A stretch of DNA of 52,580 nucleotides from assembly GCA_026710865.1 (NCBI GenBank), contig JAPOQG010000049.1, forward strand, positions 1 to 52,580, given 5' to 3'. This document shows, one piece after another, positions 8,179 through 17,638 of the stretch. Made by a program: the position numbers and the translations under genes. Within the stretch, counting starts at the first letter, position 1. Each line of letters begins with the position of its first letter. This stretch comes from Acidimicrobiaceae bacterium. Lineage in GTDB: Bacteria > Actinomycetota > Acidimicrobiia > Acidimicrobiales > Aldehydirespiratoraceae. Under the pieces are notes generated by a model. That model made no database searches. It was not told the DNA's origin and was given only the letters and a program-made list of their open reading frames with translations.

Positions 8179-11100
8179 CTAGTCGATCCCCCTCAGCTGT
8201 TCGCGGCCCTCGTCGGTGATCTCGAGGCGCTCGTAGCGGGTTCCGTCATGCTCGGCCGGAACAGAGCGAGCCAAGCCGTCGCCGATGAGGCGGTCGATGT
8301 GGAGTGCCACCGCCGATGCGCCCATGAAGGCGAGCCGGCCGGCGAGATGGTGGCGGGCGAGACGCGGGGGCAGGGCGTGCTCGGCCGATCCCAGGCTCCC
8401 GACCAGGGTCCGCTCCAGGTTGCGGCGCGAGTAGCCGGCGCCCCTGGTGTCGTCCAGCAGCTGCAGCACGATCCTACGGGCCGGCAGCGACTCCACCAGT
8501 CCCTCCCGGCTGATGTGGCTGGCCGCCCACCGGCGGTCCAGGTCGGCGCAGAGGTCGCATCGGTCACACACATCGAGAGCCTCGGCGTCGAAGTACTCCA
8601 TCATGGTGCGCACCCGGCAGCCGCTGCTCTGCCCCGCGTATCGTTTGGCCCGCTCCGACTTCGCTGCCACCTCGGCGTGCCGCCGCTCAGCCTGGGCTTC
8701 GATGACGGCCCAGCCGGGCTCCGCATCCGGCTTGCGCTCCAGCATCCAGGCGTGCTTCCACACCGAGAAGCCCAGGATGTCGCGCCGATTGAGCTCCAGC
8801 AGATCGGCGCCCACATCGCCTGCCGGGCGCCCCAGGCGCCTGCTCCACTCCCCGGCTCGGTAATCGCCGGTCCCGAGTCGTTCGATCAGCGCGACGAGGC
8901 TTCGGCCCCGCTCGGCCAATTCGGGCTCAGCAGTGCTCAACTCCTCCAGCCCCATCCCGGTGTCGGCCATCACCGACACCCGGCCGCGCCACGGCGTGTC
9001 GAGATGGCGGACAACCGCCCCAGACTGCTGCAAGTAGTGCACGGCCAGCGCGGCCGCCACCGACTCGCGGTCGGTCCCCGCGTCGTCGCTGGAGTCGAGC
9101 TCGTCCGGGTCGTAGGCGTGGACTCCCGGCCGCAGCCGCGACCATATGCGGCGCACCTGCTCGATGCCGGGGGCGGCGCCCTTCACGAAGACCCGGTGGA
9201 TCGAGCAGTCGCGGCGGGTTCTCAGCAGCACCGCGGTGCCGAAGGCCGGGCCCCTGCCCTCGACCGCGCCTCTGGCGGCCCGGCCGGTCTCCTGGACGTA
9301 CTCCTCGATGGTGGCGGGCATCTCGAGGTGCACGATCAGCGCGATGTCGGGTTTGTCGATGCCCATGCCGAAAGCCTTGGTGGCCACCACAACGTCGAGT
9401 TCGCCGTGGCGGAAGGCGTCCTCGATGTGGAGGCGCTCGTTGTCGTCCATTGCCCCGTGATAGGGCCGGGCCACATGGCCGGCGGCTCGGAGCAGCCCGG
9501 CGATGCGGACTGTGTCCCGGCGGGTGGGGACGTACACGATGGCCGGCTGGGACCGGAAGGCCTCCACAATCTGAACGGCTTTGACATCGCGGTCGGCCCG
9601 ATCGTTGCATTCCTCCACGAAATACCGGATCTCGGGCCGGTCCGGCGACAACGCCACCGGGGCGCCGGCCAGATCGAGGTCGAGGAGCTTCACGATGTCG
9701 CGGCGCACAGACTCGGTGGCCGTCGCCGTCACCGCAAGAACCGGAGGGCGGGAGCCGCCGGAGGCGATGCGCTTCAAAGCGTCGGGGATGGCGGCGTATT
9801 CGGGTCGGAACGAGTGGCCCCACTGCGAGATGCAGTGAGCCTCGTCCACTGCGACGCGGGCTGCGCCCATCGCGGCCAGCGTGCCGACGAACTCCTGGGA
9901 CCAGAGCCGCTCGGGGCTGATGTAGAGCAGCTTGTAGTCGCCTCGCGCCGCTCCGCGCAGGATGTCTCGCCACTCCGCCTGGCCCACCCCGCTGTGAATG
10001 GCCGCCACTGTTGTGATCCCGCGGGCGCGAAGGTTCTCGACCTGGTCGTTCATCAACGCCTTCAGTGGGGAGACCACCAGCGTGACGCCCGGTGACAGCA
10101 GAGCCGGGATCTGGAAGGTGATCGACTTTCCCGAGCCTGTGGGCAGCACAGCCAGGAAGTCTGATCCCTCGATGAAGCGGCTCATGGTCTCGAGCTGGCC
10201 GGGTCGCCAGCGCCGGAACCCGAACATCTGCCGCACCCGCTCAAGGCGCGCCGCCACGACCTCCCGGCGGTGTGCGTCTGTCTCGCTCAACTCGAGATCC
10301 GCGAGTGCGGCCCAGGGGTCCGGGCTCTCGACGGCGCCAATGCGCTCCAGCATCTGGTCGTTCAGTTCGATGTCGCCTAGATGTTCGGCGATGTGGCGGT
10401 AGGCGTCCTCGGCCCGCTTGGCTTGGACCCGTCGCGGTGGACCCGCAAGCGTGTCAAGAACCACGTCGCGGTAGGGAACCGCCCGGCAGAGGCGGCTGTC
10501 GAGCACGACGGTGACACCCCGGTCGTGTTCGGTGCGTATGAGCCGTCCGACGCCTTGGGCGAAGCGCAGCGCCGCCCGCGGAACCAGGTATTCGCCATAG
10601 GGGTCCTTGCCCCGCAACTCGAGGGCCTCCATGCGGGCGCCGGCCACGGGATCAGCCGGGGAGTCGAACGGGATCTTCTCGATCATCAGCAGGCTGAGAG
10701 CCTCGCCGGGGATGTCGACGCCCTCCCAGAACGAACGCAGCGCGATGAGACTGGTGGCTGTCTCGGCCCTCATCCGCTCCACCAGGGCAACCGCCGCATC
10801 GTCGCCCTGCGCCAGCAGCGGGAGGCCCTCGGCCTCGAGGATCGGCCGGGAGTGGTCGCGCACAACCCCCAGCCGGGCGCGCGCCGCCATGAGCACCAAC
10901 CCCCGCCCGGAGGTGAGCATCAGCAGTCGGGGGATCTCCGCCGCGGCGGAAACCTTGAACTCCTCCATGAGCCGGCTGCGCGGCGCCGGCAGGTAGTCGG
11001 TCAGCACCAGCAGGTGGTTGTCGCCGATCCAGGCGAACGGGCTTCCCAGAACCGACGTCTGAACAGAACCAAGTCCGAGGCTGTCAATGATGTAGTCGAA

Positions 11101-13362
11101 ACTCCCACCTGCTGTAAGCGTCGCCGAGGTGAGCACCGCGGCCTCCAGCGACTCCCACACGCTCGAGAGCGGTCCGGCCACCGACACCGGCGAGCGGCGC
11201 AGTTCCCACGCCCAACTCCGGGAGTGCGTCCCATAGGAGATGGCTGCGATCGCGATCAGCTTCTCGGGATCGGTCACCCACAGCACGTCCCCGACGGTGC
11301 GAGCGGCGTCGCGGGCGGCCCTTCCGTGGCGGCTTGCCTCGGCTTCGAGGCGGCTGCGCCGGTAACGGCCCGACAGTTCTGCGGGAAGGTTCACCTCATT
11401 GAGCGAGCCAGCGAGCCCGCGGAGGGCCTCGACCAAGTGCTGACCGCTGGTGAGGACCTCGCGGTAGTCGGGGTGCTGGGTGTCGTGGCCGCGCCTGATC
11501 CGGTAGGTCGCCGGATATGTGTCGGTGGCACTCGCTCCCGTGCGGATGCGCAGGTAGCCCACGAGCGTCTCCCCGAAGCGCTCGGACCGTTCCCTGACAA
11601 GATCCACGGCACGACGGATGGCGCCGAGGGGCTCATAGACGCCCGCCGACGACTCGCTGTCGAGCCTCTCGTCTGGCCCCAACCCCTCCCCCGTCCGGTC
11701 AGCGACCTCTTCGAGCCGGTTGCCGGTGTCGAGGACGACCCGGTTCGCGGCATCGTCGCGTAAGGACCATCCGGCGGCATCCGCCAGTCGGCGCACGGTT
11801 CCGCTGCGGCGCCGCGGATCCCACAGCGCGTCGCACAACGCAGCGAGATCGTCCCGAGACACCGCGTCGGTGAGGGCCTCGGTGGCGGCGTCCTCGAGAT
11901 TGTGGGCCTCGTCGAGGACCAGGTGCTTGGAGTGATGGATCCATTCGTGGTCCGAGACGACCAGCGCATGGTTCAGCACCGCAACATGGACGCTGTGCAG
12001 ACCCTGACGCGCCCGGCGATGAAAGTCGAGCCTGTCCAGCGCGGAAATCGGCGGACCCGTCGCATCCTCTCGACTGAGTACACGACGCAGATCGCTCAGC
12101 GCGGTCCGTCCGCCCTCCAACGCCCCGGCCCTAAGGTCGTCCCAATCCCCGGTCGCGGTCTGGGCCACCCAGCCGCACACCATCGCCAGCGCAAAGACCG
12201 CATCAGGTGTGAACACTCCCGGATTCTCCGCCAGGGCGTCGAGCTCGCCGGCCAGAGATTCCAGGTCTATGTAGTTGTTGCGTCCTTTCACGAGCACCCA
12301 CGCGAAGGGCTCCACTTCCTCCGAGAGATCCTCCAGGGTGGCCATCACCTGATCCTGGAGCACCTTGGAGTGCGGGGCGACAACCACCGTGCCGCCGCTG
12401 GCCCGTGCGTACTCGATGGCGGGCACGAGGTAGGCCAGCGTCTTGCCGGTGCCGGTGGGCGCCTCAATGAGAAGTCGGCCGCCTGCGTGCAGGCTCTCGG
12501 CGGTCCGTACGGCCATCTCCATCTGCTGGCGCCGCGGCCGGCGAGCATGACCCATCAAGGCGCCCCCATCACCGAACATCGCGGCGACATCGCCAGGGTT
12601 GAAACCGCCGGTGGAAGGACCCCGCTGCCGCCCAGCCGGCACGGGAACGACATCCTCCAGCGGCACCGGCTCGGACTCTTCGGTGAGCAACCCCGCCCAC
12701 GGATGGCGCCCGGCTCCCAGAACCCAGCGCTGCAGCCGTCGAGCCGGTCCCGAGCCGCCGACTCGTCTCAGCAGCGACGGCAGAACACGCAGGAGCAACC
12801 GGGAATCGTCCAGCGCCCGGTGCGCGCTCCGCGCTTGGATCCCCAGCAAGTAATGGGCCAATTCGTCAAGGCTGCGTGCCGCAGGCGGCCTACTGCCGTC
12901 CACGTTGCCGACAATGCCCTTGCCGGCCCGGGGGAACGCCAGATGCGCAAGTTCCAAGGTGTCGAGCCTGACAACCTCAGGCGTGGGCACTCCGGCGTCG
13001 GCTCCAACAGAGTCCAGCAGCACGAAGTCATAGCGCAGACCGTTGTGGGCGACCATCGGTCGGTCCCCCACGAAGCTGTAGAAGCCGCGAAGCGCCGCGG
13101 CCGGCATCGGAGCAGCAGCAAGCCCCTCGTCAGTCAAGCCCGTCAACTCGCAGGTGAAGTCGCGCAGCCGCCGAGTAGGACGAACCAGAGTCTCGAATGT
13201 GTCGACTTCGACCCCGTCACAGACCAAAACCGCGCCGATCTCGATGATCTCATGCGCGGGAGGGTCAGACCGGTCGGCGTTGGCCTCAAGATCGAAGACT
13301 ATGAACTCCCCGTCAACCCAACTCAAACCCTGAACCTCAACTCCCTGACCGGCCGACCTCAA
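8179..13362 (-). CDS. DEDDh 3'-5' exonuclease - DinG-family helicase - RecQ-family helicase fusion (1727 aa)
   Basis: Exonuclease: FDLEAN, AHNGLRYD, HRALDD. DinG: EAPTGTGKT, DEAH, TSATL, EGVDIPG, QGVGRLIR. RecQ: LPTGSGKS, DEAHCISQWGHSFRPEY, TATAT, AFGMGIDKPD, YVQETGRAAR, Zn site CR...CDRCDLC. Exact start codon uncertain. Confidence 0.9.
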   Translation of the reverse strand: MRSAGQGVEVQGLSWVDGEFIVFDLEANADRSDPPAHEIIEIGAVLVCDGVEVDTFETLVRPTRRLRDFTCELTGLTDEGLAAAPMPAAALRGFYSFVGDRPMVAHNGLRYDFVLLDSVGADAGVPTPEVVRLDTLELAHLAFPRAGKGIVGNVDGSRPPAARSLDELAHYLLGIQARSAHRALDDSRLLLRVLPSLLRRVGGSGPARRLQRWVLGAGRHPWAGLLTEESEPVPLEDVVPVPAGRQRGPSTGGFNPGDVAAMFGDGGALMGHARRPRRQQMEMAVRTAESLHAGGRLLIEAPTGTGKTLAYLVPAIEYARASGGTVVVAPHSKVLQDQVMATLEDLSEEVEPFAWVLVKGRNNYIDLESLAGELDALAENPGVFTPDAVFALAMVCGWVAQTATGDWDDLRAGALEGGRTALSDLRRVLSREDATGPPISALDRLDFHRRARQGLHSVHVAVLNHALVVSDHEWIHHSKHLVLDEAHNLEDAATEALTDAVSRDDLAALCDALWDPRRRSGTVRRLADAAGWSLRDDAANRVVLDTGNRLEEVADRTGEGLGPDERLDSESSAGVYEPLGAIRRAVDLVRERSERFGETLVGYLRIRTGASATDTYPATYRIRRGHDTQHPDYREVLTSGQHLVEALRGLAGSLNEVNLPAELSGRYRRSRLEAEASRHGRAARDAARTVGDVLWVTDPEKLIAIAAISYGTHSRSWAWELRRSPVSVAGPLSSVWESLEAAVLTSATLTAGGSFDYIIDSLGLGSVQTSVLGSPFAWIGDNHLLVLTDYLPAPRSRLMEEFKVSAAAEIPRLLMLTSGRGLVLMAARARLGVVRDHSRPILEAEGLPLLAQGDDAAVALVERMRAETATSLIALRSFWEGVDIPGEALSLLMIEKIPFDSPADPVAGARMEALELRGKDPYGEYLVPRAALRFAQGVGRLIRTEHDRGVTVVLDSRLCRAVPYRDVVLDTLAGPPRRVQAKRAEDAYRHIAEHLGDIELNDQMLERIGAVESPDPWAALADLELSETDAHRREVVAARLERVRQMFGFRRWRPGQLETMSRFIEGSDFLAVLPTGSGKSITFQIPALLSPGVTLVVSPLKALMNDQVENLRARGITTVAAIHSGVGQAEWRDILRGAARGDYKLLYISPERLWSQEFVGTLAAMGAARVAVDEAHCISQWGHSFRPEYAAIPDALKRIASGGSRPPVLAVTATATESVRRDIVKLLDLDLAGAPVALSPDRPEIRYFVEECNDRADRDVKAVQIVEAFRSQPAIVYVPTRRDTVRIAGLLRAAGHVARPYHGAMDDNERLHIEDAFRHGELDVVVATKAFGMGIDKPDIALIVHLEMPATIEEYVQETGRAARGAVEGRGPAFGTAVLLRTRRDCSIHRVFVKGAAPGIEQVRRIWSRLRPGVHAYDPDELDSSDDAGTDRESVAAALAVHYLQQSGAVVRHLDTPWRGRVSVMADTGMGLEELSTAEPELAERGRSLVALIERLGTGDYRAGEWSRRLGRPAGDVGADLLELNRRDILGFSVWKHAWMLERKPDAEPGWAVIEAQAERRHAEVAAKSERAKRYAGQSSGCRVRTMMEYFDAEALDVCDRCDLCADLDRRWAASHISREGLVESLPARRIVLQLLDDTRGAGYSRRNLERTLVGSLGSAEHALPPRLARHHLAGRLAFMGASAVALHIDRLIGDGLARSVPAEHDGTRYERLEITDEGREQLRGID

Positions 13363-13419
13363 ACGTTAGACACCTGGAATTATCTGGTGCACCAGAGCCG
13401 GCGCAATACCCGGTGAGGT

Positions 13420-14592
13420 TCAGTACGCCTCGCGTGTGAGCAGGTCGTCGAGGGAGTCGACCCAGGTGTCGTCGATTCGCTGGATGGCGCCGATCTTTGT
13501 GTTGTCCTTGGTCCACGGTGTGAGGTCGCGGGCCCACTTGAACTTGAATGTCCATCGCTTGGTGACCGGGAACATGCACGCTGCGACGATGTCGAAGGCG
13601 TCGTAGTCGTACTTCCTTCCTGCGCCCGAGTCGCGTGTCTTCTGGGTCTCGACCTTGGCGTCGCCGTCCTTGTAGGTCTCGCTGAGGGCGTTCTTGCATT
13701 CGATCGTCAGTTCGCGTCCGTCGCTGAGCCAGATCCGGAAGTCCGGCATTCCGTCCTGATCGATCGCCTCGCAGGCGGCGACGCACTGGTCGCCGTCGAG
13801 GAGGTTGCCCAAGTGGTGTTCTGCAATGCTCCCCCGCACCGCGACGCCGAGGCGGAAGTTCGAGTCGATGATGTCGAGGATGGTGGCCGCGCTGACCCCG
13901 TAGAGGGCTTCAAGGTCGTGGCGACCGATCCTGCCGTCGACGAAGTGTTCAGCGAGGCTGAGGCGCAGACCCGTGTCGAAGCCGAGGCTCGTTGCGAGCG
14001 CCTCGAAGCGGGCGTAGTCGAGCAAGCGGTCGGGACGGAAGCCGACCATGGATTCGATGCCGTCCCAGCCCTCGCCTTGGGCCGTGCGCGGTCTTGTCTT
14101 CTCCCTGGCCCACCAGGCCCAGCCCGTGGCCCTCACTGTTTCGGCGTTGATGTCCCGGTAGTAGCCCGAGATTCCCATCGGGAGCTGCGCGTAGACGAGG
14201 GGATCCAGACCGACGACGACGCCCGTCTCGGGGTCGACGGCGAGTATCAGGGTGATGTCCACTCCAGCGGGATCGTGGCCGACCGGGTTCAGTTCGCAGC
14301 GGACTCGTTCCGGGTCGCCGTACCGGATCTGGAAGCGGTGCTCTGTGGATGGTCGGTTTCGGGTGGCTCGTCTCGTCGTGGTGAACGGATAGACGACGAG
14401 GCCGAAGCGGTGGTTGTCGCTGTCTTCGGCGCCGAAAAAGATCGGTGCCAGCCTCTTGGCCGGGAAGGAGCACGAGACCACTCGTCCGCCCCCGTCCTCA
14501 ATGCCTTTGAGCAACAGGTCTACGACGGGTGTGCGGGACCTTGAGATGCGGTACAGCTTGGGGATGTAGCTGCGGCCGGCCAGATCCGCCAC
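13420..14592 (-). CDS. Putative restriction endonuclease, C-terminal PD-(D/E)xK domain plus N-terminal uncharacterised domain
   Basis: IAEHH...GMPDF...IECKN motif; GAGGAG RBS; 24 nt downstream of a C5 MTase. Confidence 0.75.
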   Translation of the reverse strand: MADLAGRSYIPKLYRISRSRTPVVDLLLKGIEDGGGRVVSCSFPAKRLAPIFFGAEDSDNHRFGLVVYPFTTTRRATRNRPSTEHRFQIRYGDPERVRCELNPVGHDPAGVDITLILAVDPETGVVVGLDPLVYAQLPMGISGYYRDINAETVRATGWAWWAREKTRPRTAQGEGWDGIESMVGFRPDRLLDYARFEALATSLGFDTGLRLSLAEHFVDGRIGRHDLEALYGVSAATILDIIDSNFRLGVAVRGSIAEHHLGNLLDGDQCVAACEAIDQDGMPDFRIWLSDGRELTIECKNALSETYKDGDAKVETQKTRDSGAGRKYDYDAFDIVAACMFPVTKRWTFKFKWARDLTPWTKDNTKIGAIQRIDDTWVDSLDDLLTREAY

Positions 14593-14616
14593 GGCCCACT
14601 CCTCAGTTCGGCCGCG

Positions 14617-15702
14617 TCAGCATGCGGCCGCCAGGGCCCGAGCCACTTGCTCAGCAAACAGCGGAGGCACAGAGTTCCCGATCTGAGCCTGAACTGATGC
14701 GCGCTTCCCGACGAACGCGAAGTCGTCCGGGAACGTGAAGAGCCTGCGTAGCTCGGGGACGCGCAGGCGGCGGTTGTCCCAGTGGAACGGGCCGACGTTG
14801 GGGCCGGGCTGGGCCTGGATCGTCGGTGACGGCCTGTGGGGATCGAGCTTCAACAGGAACGACCAATACCGGGACCGCCACTCGAAGATCGGCGCGGGGT
14901 GACCGCGCTTGTCGGTGAAGTAGAGGTAGTTGTCGCCAGGCGGGATCTCGGGCAGGAGGTGGCCCCAGCGTCCCCGCACCACCTCCTCGGGCTCGGGGTC
15001 GGTGATCAGCCCGGCGAGCGCCTCGCCGGCGGTGACGTGGGGCAGCGGCCCACCGGTCGCAGCTCGTCGTTCCCACGGTCCGTGATGAGTCGGATCCGGC
15101 AGATCCGGCAGCACGTCTCGCTTGCGACAGCCCACGAGGCACAACCGGGGCCGGGCCTGGGGCACCCCGAAGTCGGCGGTGTTGAGCACCTGCCATCTGA
15201 GGCGGTACCCGGCAGTCTCGATCTCTGCCAGCAGGCGGGTGAACGCCGGCCTGCTCGCCTTGTTGTTGAAGGTCAACGCGTACACGTTCTCGAGGATGAA
15301 GTACCGGGGCCTCGCCTCGGCAAGAACACGGGTATAGGCCTGCAGCAGACTCGCTGCGGGGTCGACGCCCTCGCGCTTCCAGTCGAGCCAGAAGCCGGAC
15401 TTGGAGAACGCAACGCACGGCGGTCCGCCCACGAGCAAGTCGGGCCTCTCCCGGCTCGACAGGCCTGCCGCCCGGAGGATGTCACCCGTGGTCAGTCCCT
15501 CGCCGGCGCCAGTGGCGAGCGGGTAGAGGTCGGCCCGGACCACCTCGCGGAGACCCGGAAAGCAGGTCGGGGCGTTCTTCTCCATGGTGTCGCAGGCATC
15601 GTCGTCCCATTCCACCGCAGCCAGGATGGCGAACCCTGCCGACTCGACCCCCAAGTCGAGGCCCCCGGCGCCAGAGAACAGCGAGATCGCGGAGCCAACC
15701 AT
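14617..15702 (-). CDS. DNA (cytosine-5)-methyltransferase
   Basis: SLFSGAGGLD (I), GGPPC (IV), ENV (VI), QARPR (VIII), QIGNSV (X); likely start ATG 15702 rather than 15822. Confidence 0.96.
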   Translation of the reverse strand: MVGSAISLFSGAGGLDLGVESAGFAILAAVEWDDDACDTMEKNAPTCFPGLREVVRADLYPLATGAGEGLTTGDILRAAGLSSRERPDLLVGGPPCVAFSKSGFWLDWKREGVDPAASLLQAYTRVLAEARPRYFILENVYALTFNNKASRPAFTRLLAEIETAGYRLRWQVLNTADFGVPQARPRLCLVGCRKRDVLPDLPDPTHHGPWERRAATGGPLPHVTAGEALAGLITDPEPEEVVRGRWGHLLPEIPPGDNYLYFTDKRGHPAPIFEWRSRYWSFLLKLDPHRPSPTIQAQPGPNVGPFHWDNRRLRVPELRRLFTFPDDFAFVGKRASVQAQIGNSVPPLFAEQVARALAAAC

Positions 15703-15953
15703 CACGCCCTCAGTCTGCACGCTGCGGTCGGCATGGACGCGCACCCTCTGCCCATCCCCAAGACGCAATTGCACGCCTCGGGCTCGCTGGTCAATGTGAG
15801 CGGAATCCACGCCAAGAAGCACACAGCAGGGGTGTGACAGTTGCGGCGGCCATCAGCTCAGAGCCGCAGTTCGCAGCCTCTCTGGACACGGAATCGGCGG
15901 TCCGCTCCGTTGACGCGACGGTGACCGAGCCACCGATCCCCTAACCGGATCAG

Positions 15954-16863
15954 GTAAGGCCGTCGACCGCATCTCGTATGATCGAACATCCGGCTGCACA
16001 TCAACCCCGACATCGAGGCCATCCCGCTGCAGAGGCTCCAGCCCGAGGACCTCGACGAGCTGTACGTCAGGCTCCTCACCGACGGCAAGCGCAACGGCGG
16101 CGGAGGCGGCCCGTCGGCCAAGTCGGTGCACAACGTCCACGCCACCTTGCAGAGCGCTCTGTCCGATGCGGCCGGCAAGGGCACCGTCGCCCGCAACGTG
16201 GCCGACACCGCTGATCCGCCCTCGATCAGCCGCAGCGGCCGATCGATCAGCGTGTGGACCGGCGACCAGCTGCGCTGCTTCCTCGACGCGATGGCCGACC
16301 ACGAGCTGTGTGCGCTGTATCTGCTCGCCGCGACCACCGGGATACGCCGCCGCGAGGTCGCCGGCCTGCTGTGGCACAACGTCGACCTCGAAGCGGCCCG
16401 GCTCACCACCAACCAGCAGATCGTGTCGGTTCAGTACCAGCTCATCGAGAGCGACCTCAAGACCCCCACCAGCCGCCGCAACATCGACCTCGACCCCCGA
16501 ACCGTCACCGAGCTGCGCCGCCACCGCCGCCGCCAGCTCGAAGAGCGCATGGCCACTGGCCAGCGCGGCGACGACGGCTACGTGTTCGCAAAGCCCGACG
16601 GCTCGCCCATCCACCCCGACCTGATCAGCCAGACCTTCGAGCGCGCCGTCGGCAAGCTCGACATCCCCCGCATCCGCCTACACGACCTGCGCCACACCCA
16701 CGCCACCATCCTGTTGCAACAGAACGTCCACCCCAAGGTCGTCAGCGAACGCCTGAGCCACGCCAGCGTCGCCTTCACCATGACTGTCTACCAACACGTC
16801 ATGCCCGGCCTACAGGCCCAAGCCGCCTCCACCTTTCAGGCTGCTGTCTTCGGAGAGCGATGA
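15954..16863 (+). pseudogene. Tyrosine integrase, N-terminally truncated and frameshifted
   Basis: Catalytic R (TGIRRRE), K (LKT), HDLRH, LSHA and Y (TVYQH) are intact. The frame is open upstream only to TGA 15979-15981; VRPST..SYD/RNIRLHI is split across frames; no arm-binding N-domain. Confidence 0.85.
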
Positions 16864-16984
16864 CCTTGGGCCCTCGCTCTGTCTCGTCGAGACGACACGT
16901 TCGGCGGCACGATTCACCCAAGCGAGCACAACGCAGGCCGACCTCCCACCCGGAACCGAACCCTCGAAGGGTCCGTTAACCGCC

Positions 16985-17638
16985 GTGGGCGCCACGAGCC
17001 TAGTGCAACAGGCGTTTAGGGATGCCGGGCGGTGTGGATGGTCCGAATGTCCCGTGCCGCTGACCCACGTACTCGATGTGATCGGCGAAAGATCGGAGGT
17101 CATTCCCTCAAGGCCCGGTGACTCGCCCGTCGGGGTGCTCCAGGCCACCGACCAGACTCATGCTCGTCGGCTATCGCTTAGCGGACGATTCGGACGTGGC
17201 GTGTTCCCCCTACATACCGACGGTGCCCATCTACTTGACCCTCCCGACATGGTGCTACTGGAGTTCCGGCAGCCCACATCACTAGCGCCGACTCTGCTGT
17301 TCACCCCTCAACTAGATGAAGTTCCCTCTGCCCTCAGCCACGCGCTCCATCAGGGGGTATTCGACACTGGCGTTGGCAGGACGACCTTTCTTACTCATGC
17401 GGTCACCAAGCAGCGTATGCGTTTCGATCCGGTGATAATGGCGCCGCGAGATGCTCTCGCTCGTTTGGTCACCTGGTTCTTTGGCGAATGCATCGGGCGC
17501 TCGATCAAGTACCGTGCGCGAGCACCCGGCGTGACGCTCATCATCAACAACAGGCGGACCCTCCACGGACGAGCAGCCGTGCCGGATGGCACCAGCAGAG
17601 AGGCCGACCGAGCGATGATTAGGTGGATTCCAGCATGA
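16985..17638 (+). CDS. TauD/TfdA-like 2-oxoglutarate Fe(II) oxygenase (minimal)
   Basis: FPLHTDGAH (HxD) and LIINNRRTLHGR (distal His + Arg). Confidence 0.75.
   Translation: MGATSLVQQAFRDAGRCGWSECPVPLTHVLDVIGERSEVIPSRPGDSPVGVLQATDQTHARRLSLSGRFGRGVFPLHTDGAHLLDPPDMVLLEFRQPTSLAPTLLFTPQLDEVPSALSHALHQGVFDTGVGRTTFLTHAVTKQRMRFDPVIMAPRDALARLVTWFFGECIGRSIKYRARAPGVTLIINNRRTLHGRAAVPDGTSREADRAMIRWIPA

Noticed and set aside
6277-15702. DISARM class 2, BREX or type IV CRISPR (CasDinG)
   Set aside because: No recognisable DUF1998 (DrmB), PLD (DrmC), PglZ or cas genes, and no CRISPR array.
15703-15822. 40-aa N-terminal extension of the MTase, or a separate controller (C) protein
   Set aside because: Motif I starts just after ATG 15702, which has an RBS-like GAGGG; no HTH ORF is visible upstream.
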